Assembly (NCBI GenBank): GCA_030704615.1
Contig: CM060733.1
Span: forward strand, 45,942,001-46,006,000
DNA from: Takakia lepidozioides
Taxonomy: Eukaryota; Plantae; Bryophyta
Direction of reading: 5' to 3'
DNA length: 64,000 nucleotides
Translations under genes and position numbers: made by a program
Notes under the pieces: model-generated
Database searches by the model: none
Told to the model about the DNA's origin: nothing
Seen by the model: the letters and a program-made list of their open reading frames with translations, nothing else
In this document: positions 11,901 through 24,960 of the stretch, piece after piece
How the letters are laid out: every line of letters begins with the position of its first letter
Position numbering within the stretch: position 1 is the first letter of the stretch

Positions 11901-14900
11901 GAAAAGTCCATAGCTCATCTTGTTTTTTTTTCTAGAAGTATAAAAACCTATAATCTTCAATGGCTAGGTGCCATATTGATTTTTTTTTGTAAACTCTAAT
12001 TTTTAGTTTTTCATAATTTCTCTAAATAATAGACAAAAATAGTTAATAAATTATATGTTTAATATTTGGGGTAAGACTCTTTACTAAATATGTTCAGTAT
12101 ACCATTATCTATCACTAAAAAAATATCTTGGGATAGTATCCTCAACTTTGTTTTTTTGGTCATGGACTTTCATGGAGCAAGATCTGCCGTTTTTGGTCCA
12201 CTCAACCTTGCAACTGCCCTACAGTGTTGGCAGGTGCAGGCCAACAATGTCTACTTTGTGGTCGAGTAGGTGGCCCAGTGAGTCTGCTGCCAGGAGGAAA
12301 AGAAAGGGTGCAAATGGGCATCCTTATCTCACTGATCTGGAAATGGGAAAGGGGTGAGAGATAACCCCATTAATCATCACTCTGCTGGAAGAGGACTGGA
12401 GGAGAACTTGAACCCAGATGAGGAATGAACCATTGATCCTTGTTTTCTCCATTGCCTGCAGCAAAAAGATCCAGTTAATGGAGCCGAATGCTTTTTCAAA
12501 ATCCAGCAGTAAGAGAACCAATGGTTGGTGATTTAGCATGGCTCTGTGAGGAGATTCATGAGCCAACAAGATATTGTCAAGTATTGTGTGGTCCTTCAAA
12601 AAGTCGGTCTGATCTTTCCCGATGATCTTTGGCAACAACAATTGCAGCCTGAGTGCCGAAGTCTTTGCAATTATCTTGTATATGGAGTTGAGCAGCGTAA
12701 TTGGCCTATAATTGGCCATGTTGTCTCGTTCTCCCTTTTTGAAGATCACCGTTATTAAGCCCTCAAAGATTTGGGAAGGCATAAGCTTTTTCTGGAGGAT
12801 GTCGTTGGCCATTTTCAGGACATCGTCACCAATTGTTAGCCAAAGTGTCTTGAAAAGCTCAATTGGCAAACCATCTAGGCTGGGGGATTTCATTGATGCC
12901 ATGGATTCGACAGCCCGTCCTAGTTCCAGCGCTGTGAATGACTCTGACAGGGAGTTCTGCTCCGCTACTGAGAGGGCACAGGGGATTCTTTGGAGGAGAG
13001 TATTTCTTGCCTCAATTGCAGTCGAAGTTGGGAGACTTTGGAACAGTTTCCTGAAAAAAACAGCAGCTATTGAGGCCATGTCATTAGGCCTGTCAGTGAG
13101 TCTGCCTATTTGAGGGTCTGTCAGAGCCGATACCAGGGTTGCAGCCCATCTCTATGCTGCCTTCGAAAAAAAATAAATCGTCATCTTCTCTCTTTTTAAA
13201 GACCAATTCACCCCCACCTTGTTCCTGATGAATTTCTCTTTTGCCTGTAGTAGTATAGCGAGGTTTCTTTTGTTGTAGGAGAGCAGAGTCTGAGGGCCAG
13301 TGTTAGTTGCTTTTCCTTACCCACACCGAACTCCTTCGCCATGTCCTCGGTTACCCATGCAGACTGGAAACCATGTTTGAAACTTGGCAGGAAGAAGTTG
13401 GTGTAGTCCTCTATAAACGTGTATAGGAGAGGGTCACACAGATCGCTGCTTTCTCTCTTGCGAATCCAGATTCTGGTTCCCAGCCAGTGAGTGGCCTGCG
13501 CTGGAAGGTGTGGAGCTCCTGGAAAGTGATTGCAAGACTGGTGCTGTCGAGCGCAAGCAGGTCATCCTCAGAGAAGGGAAACGAGGCCCATGCCTCCATA
13601 ATTCTAACTGGGAAGAAACCACATGGGCGGTGTGGGTGATTCCAAGTGTTTGGCTCTTCAATTCTCTTTCTCTTCTTGGAGGATTCCCAGTACTTTTGGA
13701 CCAGCCTGTCTGTTCCGTATTCAATTTGCACAGCATCCACAGCAGCTGTTCCCAAGGTCTGCAGATTTTGGACGCCTTCAGTGGTGATATTGACAGGTTG
13801 TGAGGCCCTTGAGTTAGCAGCCTTCCTGTCTCCCTTTTTTTGACGCTTGCCGATTGGGCAATCTGCCTTCACATGACCTTCTGCATTGCAGGTGAAACAT
13901 ATTACCGAAAGCACCTCCTCCTTAATGGCGACCACTATGAGGAGTCGTCAAGCGTTGGCAGCTTGATGGAAGAGGCGATGGTAGCGGTATCAGGCATGAG
14001 GACCACCAATTTTGGGACGCCGTTGTCCTTGTTATAGTCAAAATGAATAGCTTCATTATCCACACTTAGGACCTGGTCATGGATTGGTTCGTAGACATTC
14101 ATTGCTCCAATGTAAGTCCCAAAACTCGCCCCTATCTTTGAAAGAGATGTCAGGTATGTGGGCGGCAAGAAGGGAATAGCGATCACCCGTGACCTCCAGA
14201 GAAGACCCTGCCTATGCCCCCAGTTGTGAATCCATGGAAATATGAAAACTTTGACAGAAGATTGCTGGGTGTTGAAGAGCAAAGCCTTTTCTGCCTCTGA
14301 GGGGAGCTGAATATTACAGCATAAAAACCCCTAATTCCCATCGCTAGACAGAAATGCTGCGCCAATCCCCCTTCTGCCCCCAGGTGCATCACAATCCATT
14401 TTCTGGTGGCGTCTCTAGACCTCTGCTTGCGTGGGAAGTAGATTAGAATTCCTCACTGGTTAAGCTTTTGGACCTGCGCTTTCATTTTTTCTTTATCCAG
14501 GGCGAACACCGGCTGCTCCGTTCCCACAGGGGTGACCGTGTCCTCCTATGATGCTTCTGCAGGCATCGGAGATGGAGGGGTCGGGACAGCGGAGGTTGGG
14601 CCTTTGCCAAGGATGGAGCCGCCTGATCCTTCTGCAGGGATATTTTTCTTGGACCAGACCTGCGAATTGCCTCTAGAAAGCCCCCCCCCCCCCTTTCCCT
14701 CTCTTGGCGCTTGCTCTTCGAGGATCCATGTGAGACCGTGCTTAGAGGCTTCAGAAAGCAATACGCAACGGAGTAGGAATTAGCCGAGTTGGGACAGCTC
14801 AAGGTGCTTTGAGAGAGAAATAGATAGAAGTGGAGAGCAAGAAAAAGTTGAGTAAGGAAGAGAGCAGGTGACGAGAGAGCCCACGAACCCAGGGGGAATG

Positions 14901-14950
14901 CTTGCGCTGAGCTGCTGCAACTGAACATAAGCGGCACACAATAGAGAGGG
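8926..14950 (-). mobile_element. L1-clade LINE, degenerate and internally deleted
   Basis: ORF1 zinc knuckle CFTCNAEGHVKADCP (13411-13935). RT motifs KSPSLDGLP, NYRPITLLN, LLDFEKAF, R*GCP and YADD (12324-13079 and 10583-11479). zf-RVT-like CPIC..ESIEHCL..C (9362-10084). T-rich run at 8926-8953 is the poly(A) tail. 5' boundary approximate; no TSD found. Confidence 0.93.
11502..12208. mobile_element. AT-rich non-autonomous TIR element (MITE) inserted in the L1 RT domain
   Basis: Left end GGGTTGACTGGACCAAAA; reverse complement of right end AGGTTGAGTGGACCAAAA. It splits the RT between the (Q)GCP and YADD motifs. Flanks are TGTA and TGCA; superfamily unresolved. Confidence 0.85.
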
Positions 14951-16106
14951 AGAAAGCGAGACTTCTAGAACCAATAGCAGCTGAACTCAGTTATGGGTGA
15001 GCATGAGAAATGAGCATGCAGCGGAGGGGATTAAAAAAACTCCCTGTAAGATGATTCTCGGAAGTTTGGAATGTGGCGGGAGTGCGTAATGTGGCCGCAC
15101 ACCATAGACCATCTCTGAGAGCTTCCAGTGTTGTTGTCGGCTCTTTTAGATGCAGCAACTTGCTTGGAACACCTAGAGAAGTAAAGCCAGCAATGTTATC
15201 CTGCTATGAGCGTAGGTGTTTCTCTTTGCAAGTGCCAGAGGTTTTAGATGCGCCGCATTTGGGATTGCAGCTCATTAAGATGTAAGGGAGGGGATGCGTG
15301 GGAGGATGGAAGCATGTGGAGAAATGAAAAGCGTGCTGGGGCCGGCTATGCCCCAACACGTTTTTCATTTGAGGGCAGGAGAGGAGAGGACGAACGCATG
15401 ATGAATCGAGAGGGAATGATATCATGGTTGGTATGAGGAAGATGAAAGTAGGAGGGAGCTGTTTGTTCCATCATTTCCATAGAACGAGTGAGAGGACGAG
15501 CGTTGACAGTAGTTGAGCGGACATAGCAAAACGGCTAAGTCCCGAACTCACTCACCGCAACATGCGGAGCGATTTCCATCGCCCCGCCTCGACCCCTTCG
15601 GCCCAGAACTGCAGATTCCGGGCATTATCCCCTGTCAATTCTCACCTACAGGCACACACACAGCCAGTCAACTAAAGACAGTAATCAAATTATCTCGTCA
15701 CTAAATGTTACAATTTACTCCCCTACTTGTGCACACTAGCAAATGTTTTTCTTTTTTAAAAGAAAATGAAAGGGGGGATCGTAGCCCTGGTAAATTTTAT
15801 TAAATATTATTGGGGGGAAAAAATTAAAACCCCGATTACACCATGAGGCATACACACCATAATCAGTGAGGCCGGTACCGTACTGGTAGGTATCAGATAT
15901 ATGCACAAGTTTTAGACCAAGCCGCCCTCTACCCCAGGTCATAAAAAAACATTAGAGAGGAGGGCAGAGAGGAGGGCACAGATAGTGGAGGTGTCTCCCG
16001 AAAAGGTTTTTTTACAGCGAGCTTTCCACAAATGCCACAGAGCGGAACTCCGGAGGGTCTCTCCGGAGGGCAGTTTAGAGATCTATGCTTAGAGAGATGG
16101 TCATAG

Positions 16107-17100
16107 TTAACCCCTAAACGACGAGCCGACCCGAATCGGGTTGGCCTGATTTTTCATCCATCCATAGCATGCACGGATGAAGTCCGACGAGCGGCTTGAA
16201 CAAAAAATGTAGCGCTGAACTAGCTGCACATGCAGGTCTTTATGGCGCCCCCAACAGAGAAAAACTCCGCCGTCAGGAATGTTTTGAAGTTTGAAAATTG
16301 CAGGAATTTGGGTGGAGGGGGGGGCACGGTAGTTGACCGTCGACGTGGCAGGTGGCAGCGGCCACGCGGGTGGGATTTTACGTCGGGGGCAATGCAGAGG
16401 TTGGAGTCGGGGGCTTGTGAGGCCCTCCCCAAAACGCCGAGGAACACGGGGACGGCTCGAATGAGCTGGCCCTGTCAAATAATGGGAAACCTTGACGTGG
16501 CCCGGAAAGCATCGCCGGATTCAGGCGAAATTCCGGCCACCGATTGCCTGACCTGGAGGAGGCCGGAAATTTCACAAAATCCCACATCCCAAATGCAATT
16601 TTGGGAAATTTTGGGAAATTTTTGGGCAGGCTTGTGTAGTTCTTGGCCTATGAGGGACTGACCGTTGGAATTCCCAAATGAAGGAGAATTTGGGGTCCCA
16701 ATGGGGCCTATACTATTTCCTTTGCAAATTCTCTTTTGGACCCCAATTCCAGTCACATACAAAGCACCCCCCCTTTCATTTTGGCAGATTGGGGTGAAAT
16801 TTGGTGTGAGAGTTTGGGATTGTGCACTTCACAGGAATATAGAACTTTTTCTCCCAGAAAAATTTGGGATCATGGATAATTTGTGGTCAAACATGAACTT
16901 TTTCTTTGTTTTTTTCATTTTCAAAAACATGCACCGTCTTCAAATGTTATAATCTCCCAAATTACACGGTGGAATCTCCCTAAATTTGGGGGGCTTGTGC
17001 ATCTTGTAGGTAGGAAGCAGTTTGTACGGTTCATGCACATGGATGAACGTGGTGGGCAGGTAGCTGCCGACGTGTGAGGGTGAGTCCCGGAATTGTCCAA
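16107..17100. mobile_element. Putative piggyBac-like transposon terminus and subterminal region
   Basis: TTAA|CCCCTAAACGACG followed by the palindrome GCCGACCCG-AAT-CGGGTTGGC, then GC-rich non-coding sequence. No matching opposite end or transposase in the window; right boundary is a guess. Confidence 0.4.
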
Positions 17101-18106
17101 AAACCCAAAAACACCTCTGGTCCTTCTAGGGGAGTGTTTATTAACACTACAACAGAAAGTGGGTTTTTTCGACTCTGTGTTTGACTCATTTTTTAGTTGT
17201 TCGTGACACTTTTACTGTCATCCTCTACTATTACACAGAGGAGCCATCCTGACTAGCTGCTTGTTGGTTCCTCTTTTATTGGCTCTCTTGTAGAGATAGA
17301 CTATGCAACATGTTCAAAAAATGTAGTCAAAGGAGCTTACACCGTGTCAAGGCACCGATTGGTGTGTTGTGCTGAGTCATGCTCGGTACTCTTACCTTCC
17401 TTTTATGTTTTTGCCAAAGCAAGAGAGCCCATTGCTGTTTTAGGCTTGTTCTAAAGAGGAAATATTTCCCTAATGTGCCTTCTTGAGATAACACCTCCCT
17501 CAAGTAACATCTCTATTTATTGAGCAACTTCTGAAACACTGGATGATTTTTGAAATTTATTATGGATGAAAGTAGACTCCACTATTCACAACAAGATTGG
17601 TGAAATTTTTCTCTACTTCCAAAGGTTGCAAAAACTTTTAATTTTAATTGTTTTTGGAAAAGGGGGACAGTGGCTCTTTGGAAAACTTTATTAATCAAGG
17701 AAAAAATAACCTTGTATATGCGATAGACGAGTCTCCGCTCCCAACCAAGCCTATCAAAGAGAGAGAGAGAGCTCCACAGGGATCCTGAGCAGGACAATCG
17801 TCTCATGCCAAATGCACGGTAGGGCGCTCCACACACAGCTGAGATTTCCGCAGATTGAACGGATAGGGTTTTACACTTGCATAAACTGATTCATTGGAGT
17901 TGTTTCTTTGAGTTCTCTGACATTCCTTGGCACCTGTTTCACAAATCTTGCGGTACTGCAGCACTTGAAGAAACGAACGAGTTCAAACTTCAACGCTTTA
18001 TCAAAGCGACAAATTATGATAGAACACCACCTGTAGAGAAGTTGGTTGTCAACTTCACATAGTCTACAACACCGAGAACAAATTTCGACATCGAGTATCC
18101 CCCAAC

Positions 18107-18806
18107 ATGGTGGTTGTTCCCGCAACTTGCATCTCTCTCCACGAGAAGGATAAGATCCGCGTCATGAACCTGCCACAGAACAGATTGATTCCATACGGGC
18201 CGTCATCCAATCCTCCTGGAAGGGAGGAATCCAATCCGAGAAAGTTTATTCGGTCTCCCATCAGTTCAAACTTCACGGCAACCCATGGACTGGTCATAGC
18301 GAGGAAGCGAACGAGTCCCGTCACCTCATTGTGCGCATCCTGCGCTTCATGCTGCAACAAGGCTGGGCTCTCCTCATTACAACCGATATCAGCAAGCATG
18401 AAACCCAAAAGGACTCAATGTATTTCAAGCGCCAGATTCCGGAGCCGAACGTGGTCATGTCCGTAATCTCGTTTAACAGAAGTGATACGATCCGGGTGAT
18501 AGACGGCACTGTTGAAATGGCTCAGGTGGTACGATCCACCATCCAGAATTTCTGGAAACACGGATTGCAAGATGAGAGATCTTACTACGGGGTGCCCGAG
18601 TTCAAGATGCTCGGACAGCCGTGGTCAGCGTCTGGAACTGACACCATGTACGCACGCATGTTTCTAGCGGGTTGATTGACGCGCTGGATGCCGCAGGTTG
18701 GGATATTTACACTTCAGTTTGTATCGTGTCAGCTGACACGAAGGGCGACCTCGACACTTGGGTGCTCAGATCAAAACCACAGTCCAGTCGCACTTCCGAA
18801 AGGTAG
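18107..18806 (+). pseudogene. Intronless ~230-aa two-repeat protein gene with two 1-nt frameshifts, resembling an uncharacterised fungal/animal family
   Basis: Joining frames at about 18183 and 18671 gives two homologous halves: ISLHEKDKIRV..IQSSWKGGIQSE..QFKLHGNPW..GWALLITTD and ISFNRSDTIRV..IQNFWKHGLQDE..EFKMLGQPW..GWDIYTSV. ATG at 18107, TAG at 18804-18806. Confidence 0.8.
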
Positions 18807-19179
18807 ACACAACTGACACTCTCTGCTACTCAACGCTTTCTACAACGCACCTCCTCAGGGCTCGCTGTGCAAATACATTAGAGATGATGTCCTTGACTGG
18901 CGTATGCTCCTCAGCTGTCCTCTCACAACAATTTTACTGCCCCCACTTGGTACTACTAACTCGGTTAAGTATGTATCTCCTGCTTAGCTTGAATGTATGT
19001 GTGTGGATCTTGTTGTTTATCTCGTGGGCAAGATGACCCTCACCCGCTTGCCCAGTTGCTCAAGTTGCTTCTATTTTAAGTGGCTGAATATGCTGCCATG
19101 TGCTCCATCATATGACTCATGCACACTTATCTCGTCTACTATGGTTTAATGTTGGTTTTCAACCAAGCTGCGTCGTGAA

Positions 19180-19930
19180 TGGATATGCGTTTTAATAAAA
19201 TCCTCCACCTTCCTTTGAGTATGCCAAAAGCTTGCTCTATACACATTCTTGAGCTTGATCGTGCAAAATTCTTGTCTATCTGCTCTCGAATAAATCCGTC
19301 TTTGCTACCAATAACTGGAGCAAACATCCAAGGCCAACATTGGTAAGCCTAGAAGAGCATAGGGATTCAAGCCACCACCATGACATATCCTACCAATGTG
19401 GGATTTTTCCCAAACAGGTTCCAATGATGAATACTACCACACCACCATACATCATAGTCGCGGAAGCAACATGATTTGTCAACAACAACTTGTAACAAGA
19501 TAGAATAGAAGCCTTTCTTGTTATGATAATTGGGTGCATGCTCATAAGGGGCAATAATCGGAATGTGACTGCCATCAATCGCCCCAGCACACCATGCAAA
19601 GACTCAAAAAACTTTACTCATTTCCTTCATTTTCGATGCCGATGGCCATTTGATGTAGAGATCCTGGCATGTAGCCTTTCGCATGTGACAAAACTCCAAC
19701 ACAATACCCCAAGCAACGGAAAGACCTACTCTATAGCAATCTGAGAGCATACTTAAAGTAATACCAATGGCTAGCCTTGCTACAGCAATAACTACTCTAG
19801 TCTCTAATAGGAATGTGAGCTCGACATAAAGGAGCTTGTTTTTTCAACAAAGGAGCTACTTGTGCACACAAGTATGAAAAAGTTTCTGTCATGCGCATTC
19901 TATCTTTCTGCTCACGACTTGTCACTCGGG
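19180..19930 (-). mobile_element. PIF/Harbinger DDE transposase remnant
   Basis: Minus-strand frames read VLGAIDGSHIPIIAP..YHNKKGFYSILLQVVVD and SSSRMCIEQAFGILKGRWRILLKRI, with stops and frameshifts. Confidence 0.9.
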
Positions 19931-20099
19931 TTCAGTGTGATCTGAAGTTATGGAACTGCAGGAAGCCCACATGTTAGTATTTGGTTGTGCCATTCAAAGA
20001 GAGATGAGGGAGGGTCGGAGAGTTAACGAGGTACCCATAAACCAACATGGACCCAGCAGTTCGGAGGAAGTCCGTGAATTTAGGGACAGACAGCTGCTT

Positions 20100-21385
20100 C
20101 TAATGTGATGCGGGGAAGAGAGAGAGGAGTAATATACAAGATTTGAGAGTCAAGAAAAGAGAGGGAGAGCGGGGTACTACTTGCTCTAGTAGTGCTGGGA
20201 AAACGAGCATTTCTTCGGAGAAAGAACTCAGAAAGAATGGAGCTTTGTAATCTCCAGACAAGAGAGAGAAACTATTTAACTTAATCCAGCGACGGAACAT
20301 CAGAAGAAAAAACTCAGAAAGAAGGGAGCTTTATAATCTCCAGACAAGAGAATGTACTCATAAGACGTTGTTTGCCGTAGCCTTGTGGCCATTGACCCCG
20401 CGCCCAGTTTGAGCGGAAACCAAAGGGACAGAACCTACCTCTGTCAGGGGCTGACATTGGTAGTTAGACTTACCTTTATACATAGAATTGATTCGGGTTT
20501 TCCAGATTTCCTCTAGAAATCCCTTCACACAAGCATCAATCTTCTGTGTGTGATTTGCCCAAAAACTAGGCCCCAGAAGGGCCTGGGCTTTTGGCTGAGC
20601 CTCGAGACTTTCAAAGTTGGTAAACAGAGGTACAGGCACAATTCTCTTGATAGATTGGAGGAGAGCTTCTCTCTGGTGAGAGTACCCCGGACAGTGAATT
20701 AGAAAATGAATATTGTCTTCACACAACGGGCAATTGCACTCTCCCTTTCCTCTCTGCTTCTGTTTACTGTTCAAAGGTAGGCTTCCTGCCCTGAGTTTAA
20801 ATTTCAGTCTGGTGCCGAGAGTGGGTAGACCCTTGAGGTCATCCATGATATCCTCCCCCATGTCACAGACTGGAAACAGGTTCAGGGAAGTTTTCTGCCT
20901 AACTTCATTTGCATCAGACAATTTTCTGGTAACAGACATGGCTTTGGACACTACAGTCTCGAAGTCAGATTTATCCAGCAAGGTCAAGACTTGCGGGTCC
21001 AGATTCAGATCCTTGAGAATCTCTTCTACTCTCTTCTGCCAGGACTTAGCCTGTTTGACAGGGCGGTCCGGTTTCCAAGATATAGAGTCGATTAACTTAG
21101 GGTATCTGGTGTTGGACATGTGTTGCAACTGACCCCACCATCTGACCTTGAATTCATCTCGTCGGGAGCTTAAGGAAGGGATGCCAAACTCACCCCGAAC
21201 AGCCACATTGGCTGTCTTGGAGCATGCTGACATGCACTCCTTAAGCACCCCCACTTGAATGGATTACTTAGCCTGGTTGGAGTTATCAACCCATATAGCA
21301 GATCCGTACTCCAAGGCAGGTCTAATAACGCGGCAAAGCAAGGTTTTCTTGACCTCAGAGTTAATCCCTCTGCAGCGGATCATCA
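20100..21385 (-). mobile_element. 5'-truncated non-L1 LINE (RTE/CR1-L2 group), ORF2 C-terminus plus 3' UTR
   Basis: IRPALEYGSAIW, AVRGEFGIPSL..KVRWWGQL and LKFKLRAGSLPL..CPLC..HFLIHCP in and upstream of ORF 20358-21254. A ~40-bp direct repeat lies in the 3' UTR (about 20226 and 20312). Distal boundary approximate. Confidence 0.85.
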
Positions 21386-21512
21386 GATCACTATGATACC
21401 CAAGAAGTGGAGTGCGCAAGGTATGTGAATCTTACACATTCCTCGGTAGAGAGGTCTGCGACGTTAAGTCTCTGTTCCTTGCTGAGCTTGCAGTTACTAC
21501 ACAGCAGTCGAG

Positions 21513-24269
21513 ATGGTCAATTTCAAGGAGCCATTGGTTGTCTCGAGTCTGGAGGTTCGTGTCGATGAATCAACATTTGTGCAACCTGCGGGACCAGTGA
21601 ATGGGCGCCCCCTTTTCCTCAACAACATTGAACAAGTGCTGGCTTTTCCCGTGGAAACCGTGTATTTCTATGGTCCTAACCCCGACAAGAGTAATGAGAC
21701 AGTGGCCGAGGTGGTGAAGGAGGCACTAGGCAAAGTAAGATTCACCCAGAATTGTGCTTGCTTTCAGAGCCGAGGAGTCGTCAAAAAATTTCTGCTGCTT
21801 TAGCTTCGATTCTCCTTTTCGGGCCACTGTCACGAGATGTAAATAGAAGTCCACGCCATAAAATGTTGCTCATAGCCACGCAAAGTGAGCAGATCTACTC
21901 CTTACATGTGATATTATCTTGTGTACAATGGTGCGTACATACGTTGTATTATAGCAGTGACCCGAAGGGTCGACCTCTAGCGATTCCCAGCCTTCAAGTA
22001 AACGATCAAATAGTGGTCCAATTTGTTCCAATGTGCAACAGGCACTTGTCACCTACAATTTTGCAGCGGGCCGACTGAGATTGAATGAGGAGGAGGGCAG
22101 GCTTGAGATCGACTGCAATGGTGCTGGCGCCCAATTTGCTGCAGCCACTTGTGACCGAACGATTGCAGATCTTGGTGACTACTCACATCCCAACTCAATT
22201 TTCAGAAAGCTGGTGCTACAAGCGGCGAATTCCATCACCATCTCTGACATGCCCCTACTGTTGGTCCAGGTGATCTCTCTCTCTGTCTCTCTCTGTCTCT
22301 CTCGTTTTATTCCCTATGTTTCTGTCGAACCGGGCGTGGGGTCTATGCCCACAAGGCTACGGCAAACAAAGTGTTATGAGTACATTCTCTTTCTAGTTTT
22401 CCTTTTTTCCTGTTGCCAGTGTCTGTTTGTTGATTCCATTCTTCTATAAGCTCACTGGATTCTTGATATCTTTTCTTCCAGGGCCATCCTTTGATATATC
22501 CTGAACTGGTTCCTTCTTGCTATACGTTGTCCCATGGTCAGATTTTGAGTCTCATAAGCTCTGAGCTTTCCGCTGAGTTAACAAAGTATCCTTTCAATTC
22601 TGTGTTCCTTCTTTGTCTCGGATATGCTTGTCTGTTTTGATGTGTTGGTAGTACGCGTATGGGAAGTCATCTTGTATTTGAAGGCCTGTCGCATTCCACC
22701 TCTGCCCAGTGGACATCAATTTTCTTCTTTTTCACTGTCCTGGCAATGTGTCTGAGACTCACCCCAGCCCAAACTAACAATAAGAGGATTTTATCAAACA
22801 CTTGAAGGCTTTTAGTGAAGGTTTTAAACTCTGTTCCAGAGATCCTGGACGCCAATCAATAATGTGTATATAGATTCTTGTATTCTGATTAATTTCCGAA
22901 AGACTTGAAGGGAGGTTGGTTGCTTTTATGTGCTTGGATCGAGCTCAAGCATCTTGTAGAGCCAAAACACCAAGATCCATACAAGCATGTTGGACTGTAC
23001 TGTCTTTATAGCTCATACAGTCCATGTCCTACAGCTCTGATCATGCATTTCTCCAATGGAGGTGACAGCATGCATGGAACGCTCTCCCTGAAGATGACAA
23101 TCAAGATCATGGCTATCCTCATGCTGGCATATAAATCACAGATGCAGACTTCAAATAAGTAAGCTTGAAACATGCACCGTGGAGGGGAATTAACACACAG
23201 AACCTTTTCAAAGAAGGCCTGCAGACTGCAGTTCATGCCTTGAGCCATTTACCAGCCTTGCCGTCCAAAACTCGAGTCTTCAGCTTAAGTTCCATGTCTG
23301 TCAACTGGATGGCATGTCCTACCCCTTGTATGAGCATTGAGAAGACTTTGAACATTTGGGATCCTGGGACAGGTCACCAGATTCAAGTGCGGGGGATTCA
23401 CCGTTGGGTTTGGAATGAGCCATTTGTTGTGGGATGGCCCTGGAGCTATTGACTTCCTCACCAACTTGACATCATTTGCCAAAGGTGGGGAGCTGGTTTT
23501 GGTTCCCCAGCCTGACCGAACAATGTTGAAAGCACGCTCTCCACCCACCCCTGTCTATGACCACCCTGAGTTCTTCAAACTGAGTAACCTGCAGATGGAA
23601 AGTGGTGCTTTCAGAGACGAAGATTTCACCACCCTTACTACTCCAAGGAGCCATGTGACCAGAGTTTTCAACTTCTCAATTGAAGACCTTGAAGTCCTGA
23701 AGAAGAAAGCTCTTGCAGGAGATGGGAGTTTACGGAAGTGCAGCACCTTTGAGGCACTCTCTGCCCACTTGTGGCAAGCTCGAACCAAGTCAATTGTCGT
23801 ACATCCTGGCCCAACTGGACCCTCAAACTTGCTATTTTCTGTTGACATTCGAAAGCGTTTGATCCCCAATTTGCCAGAACATTTCTGTGGAAATGCCACG
23901 TGGTCAGCATGTGCCAGGGCGACAGCCCAGGAGCTTTGTGAGAAATCTCTCTGCTTTTGTGTGGAAAAAGTCCAAGATGCAATTGCAACAATAACAGACG
24001 ATTATGTGAGATCAGGTCTTGACTGGTGGGAGGTCTACCGCGGGTTTCCCGCACTTCCTGGTGCATTTTTCATCTCATCTTGGTCTAGAATGTCATTCCA
24101 CTCCATTGATTTTGGGTGGGGAAGGCCCCTCTATGCAGGTCCCCCTTGTTTGACAGTGGTAGACTTTGTCCTCATCCTTGCCAATGGTGCCCAAGACAAG
24201 GGCCTTCACATCATTATTGCATTGGAGGCGGAGCAGATGGCCAAGTTTGAGGATTTCATCAAAGTCTAG
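21513..24269 (+). CDS. BAHD acyltransferase (resembles feruloyl-transferase/GLAUCE-type members), 3 exons, 448 aa
   Basis: Exons 21513-21734, 22042-22269 and 23373-24269. Both introns are GT-AG phase 0, the second at the conserved Q|VTRF position. Catalytic HLLWD (HxxxD) and DFGWG motifs present. Substrate cannot be determined from sequence. Confidence 0.95.
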
Positions 24270-24960
24270 TTCCTTACAGATACATATTTCTTGAGACTGG
24301 AAAACTGTGCAGGGACAAACATACCTTTTCACATGTCGTAATCCTCCTGTGCAAACCTTTCTGTAGAAGGATCCTCAGCAACATGAGCTGGCTGTTATTC
24401 TATGTAAGTACATGAAAGATATCAGAACTTGTATAATTATATATGCCGATCTTTCTTTAAACTCGGATTTTTGGTGAGCTAAAAGACAACTACTGTCATG
24501 ATGAGAAACTAGACAATCTGCTACACGTTGCAGGTACTATGTAGAGGGCTCAGGTACTATGTAGAGGGCTCTAATTCGGCTCTGATATACTCTATCTCTG
24601 TATGTAGATATCCTTTTCTAGACCTCCTTGCGACTGCACTTGGCAGCTTGTCAAATATGCCTTCACACAACTGATGTATGAGAAATACTCAATCTTTGTC
24701 TGTAGATATCATTTTCTACACCTTTCAACTGCATTTGGCAGCTTGTCAAATATGCCTTCACACAAATGGTGTATGACAAATGCCCGATGCATGTGACGTT
24801 CCTGTGGAATGTGCCTGAATCATCAGGTTGATATTGTCCAGGTGAATTTTCTGCAAGATTTTTTTTAATTTGGGTTGTTGTCTTGTCAGAGGGTGTTTGT
24901 GGTTTGCCAAAGTCCAAAGAGCTTGTAAATTCAGATATGAACAAGTTGCCAAAGGTTACA

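Noticed and set aside
24531-24570. 20-bp perfect tandem duplication CAGGTACTATGTAGAGGGCT x2
   Set aside because: Real but ordinary slippage in the BAHD 3' flank. It is useful only as a marker distinguishing the source from the 3.3-kb copy.
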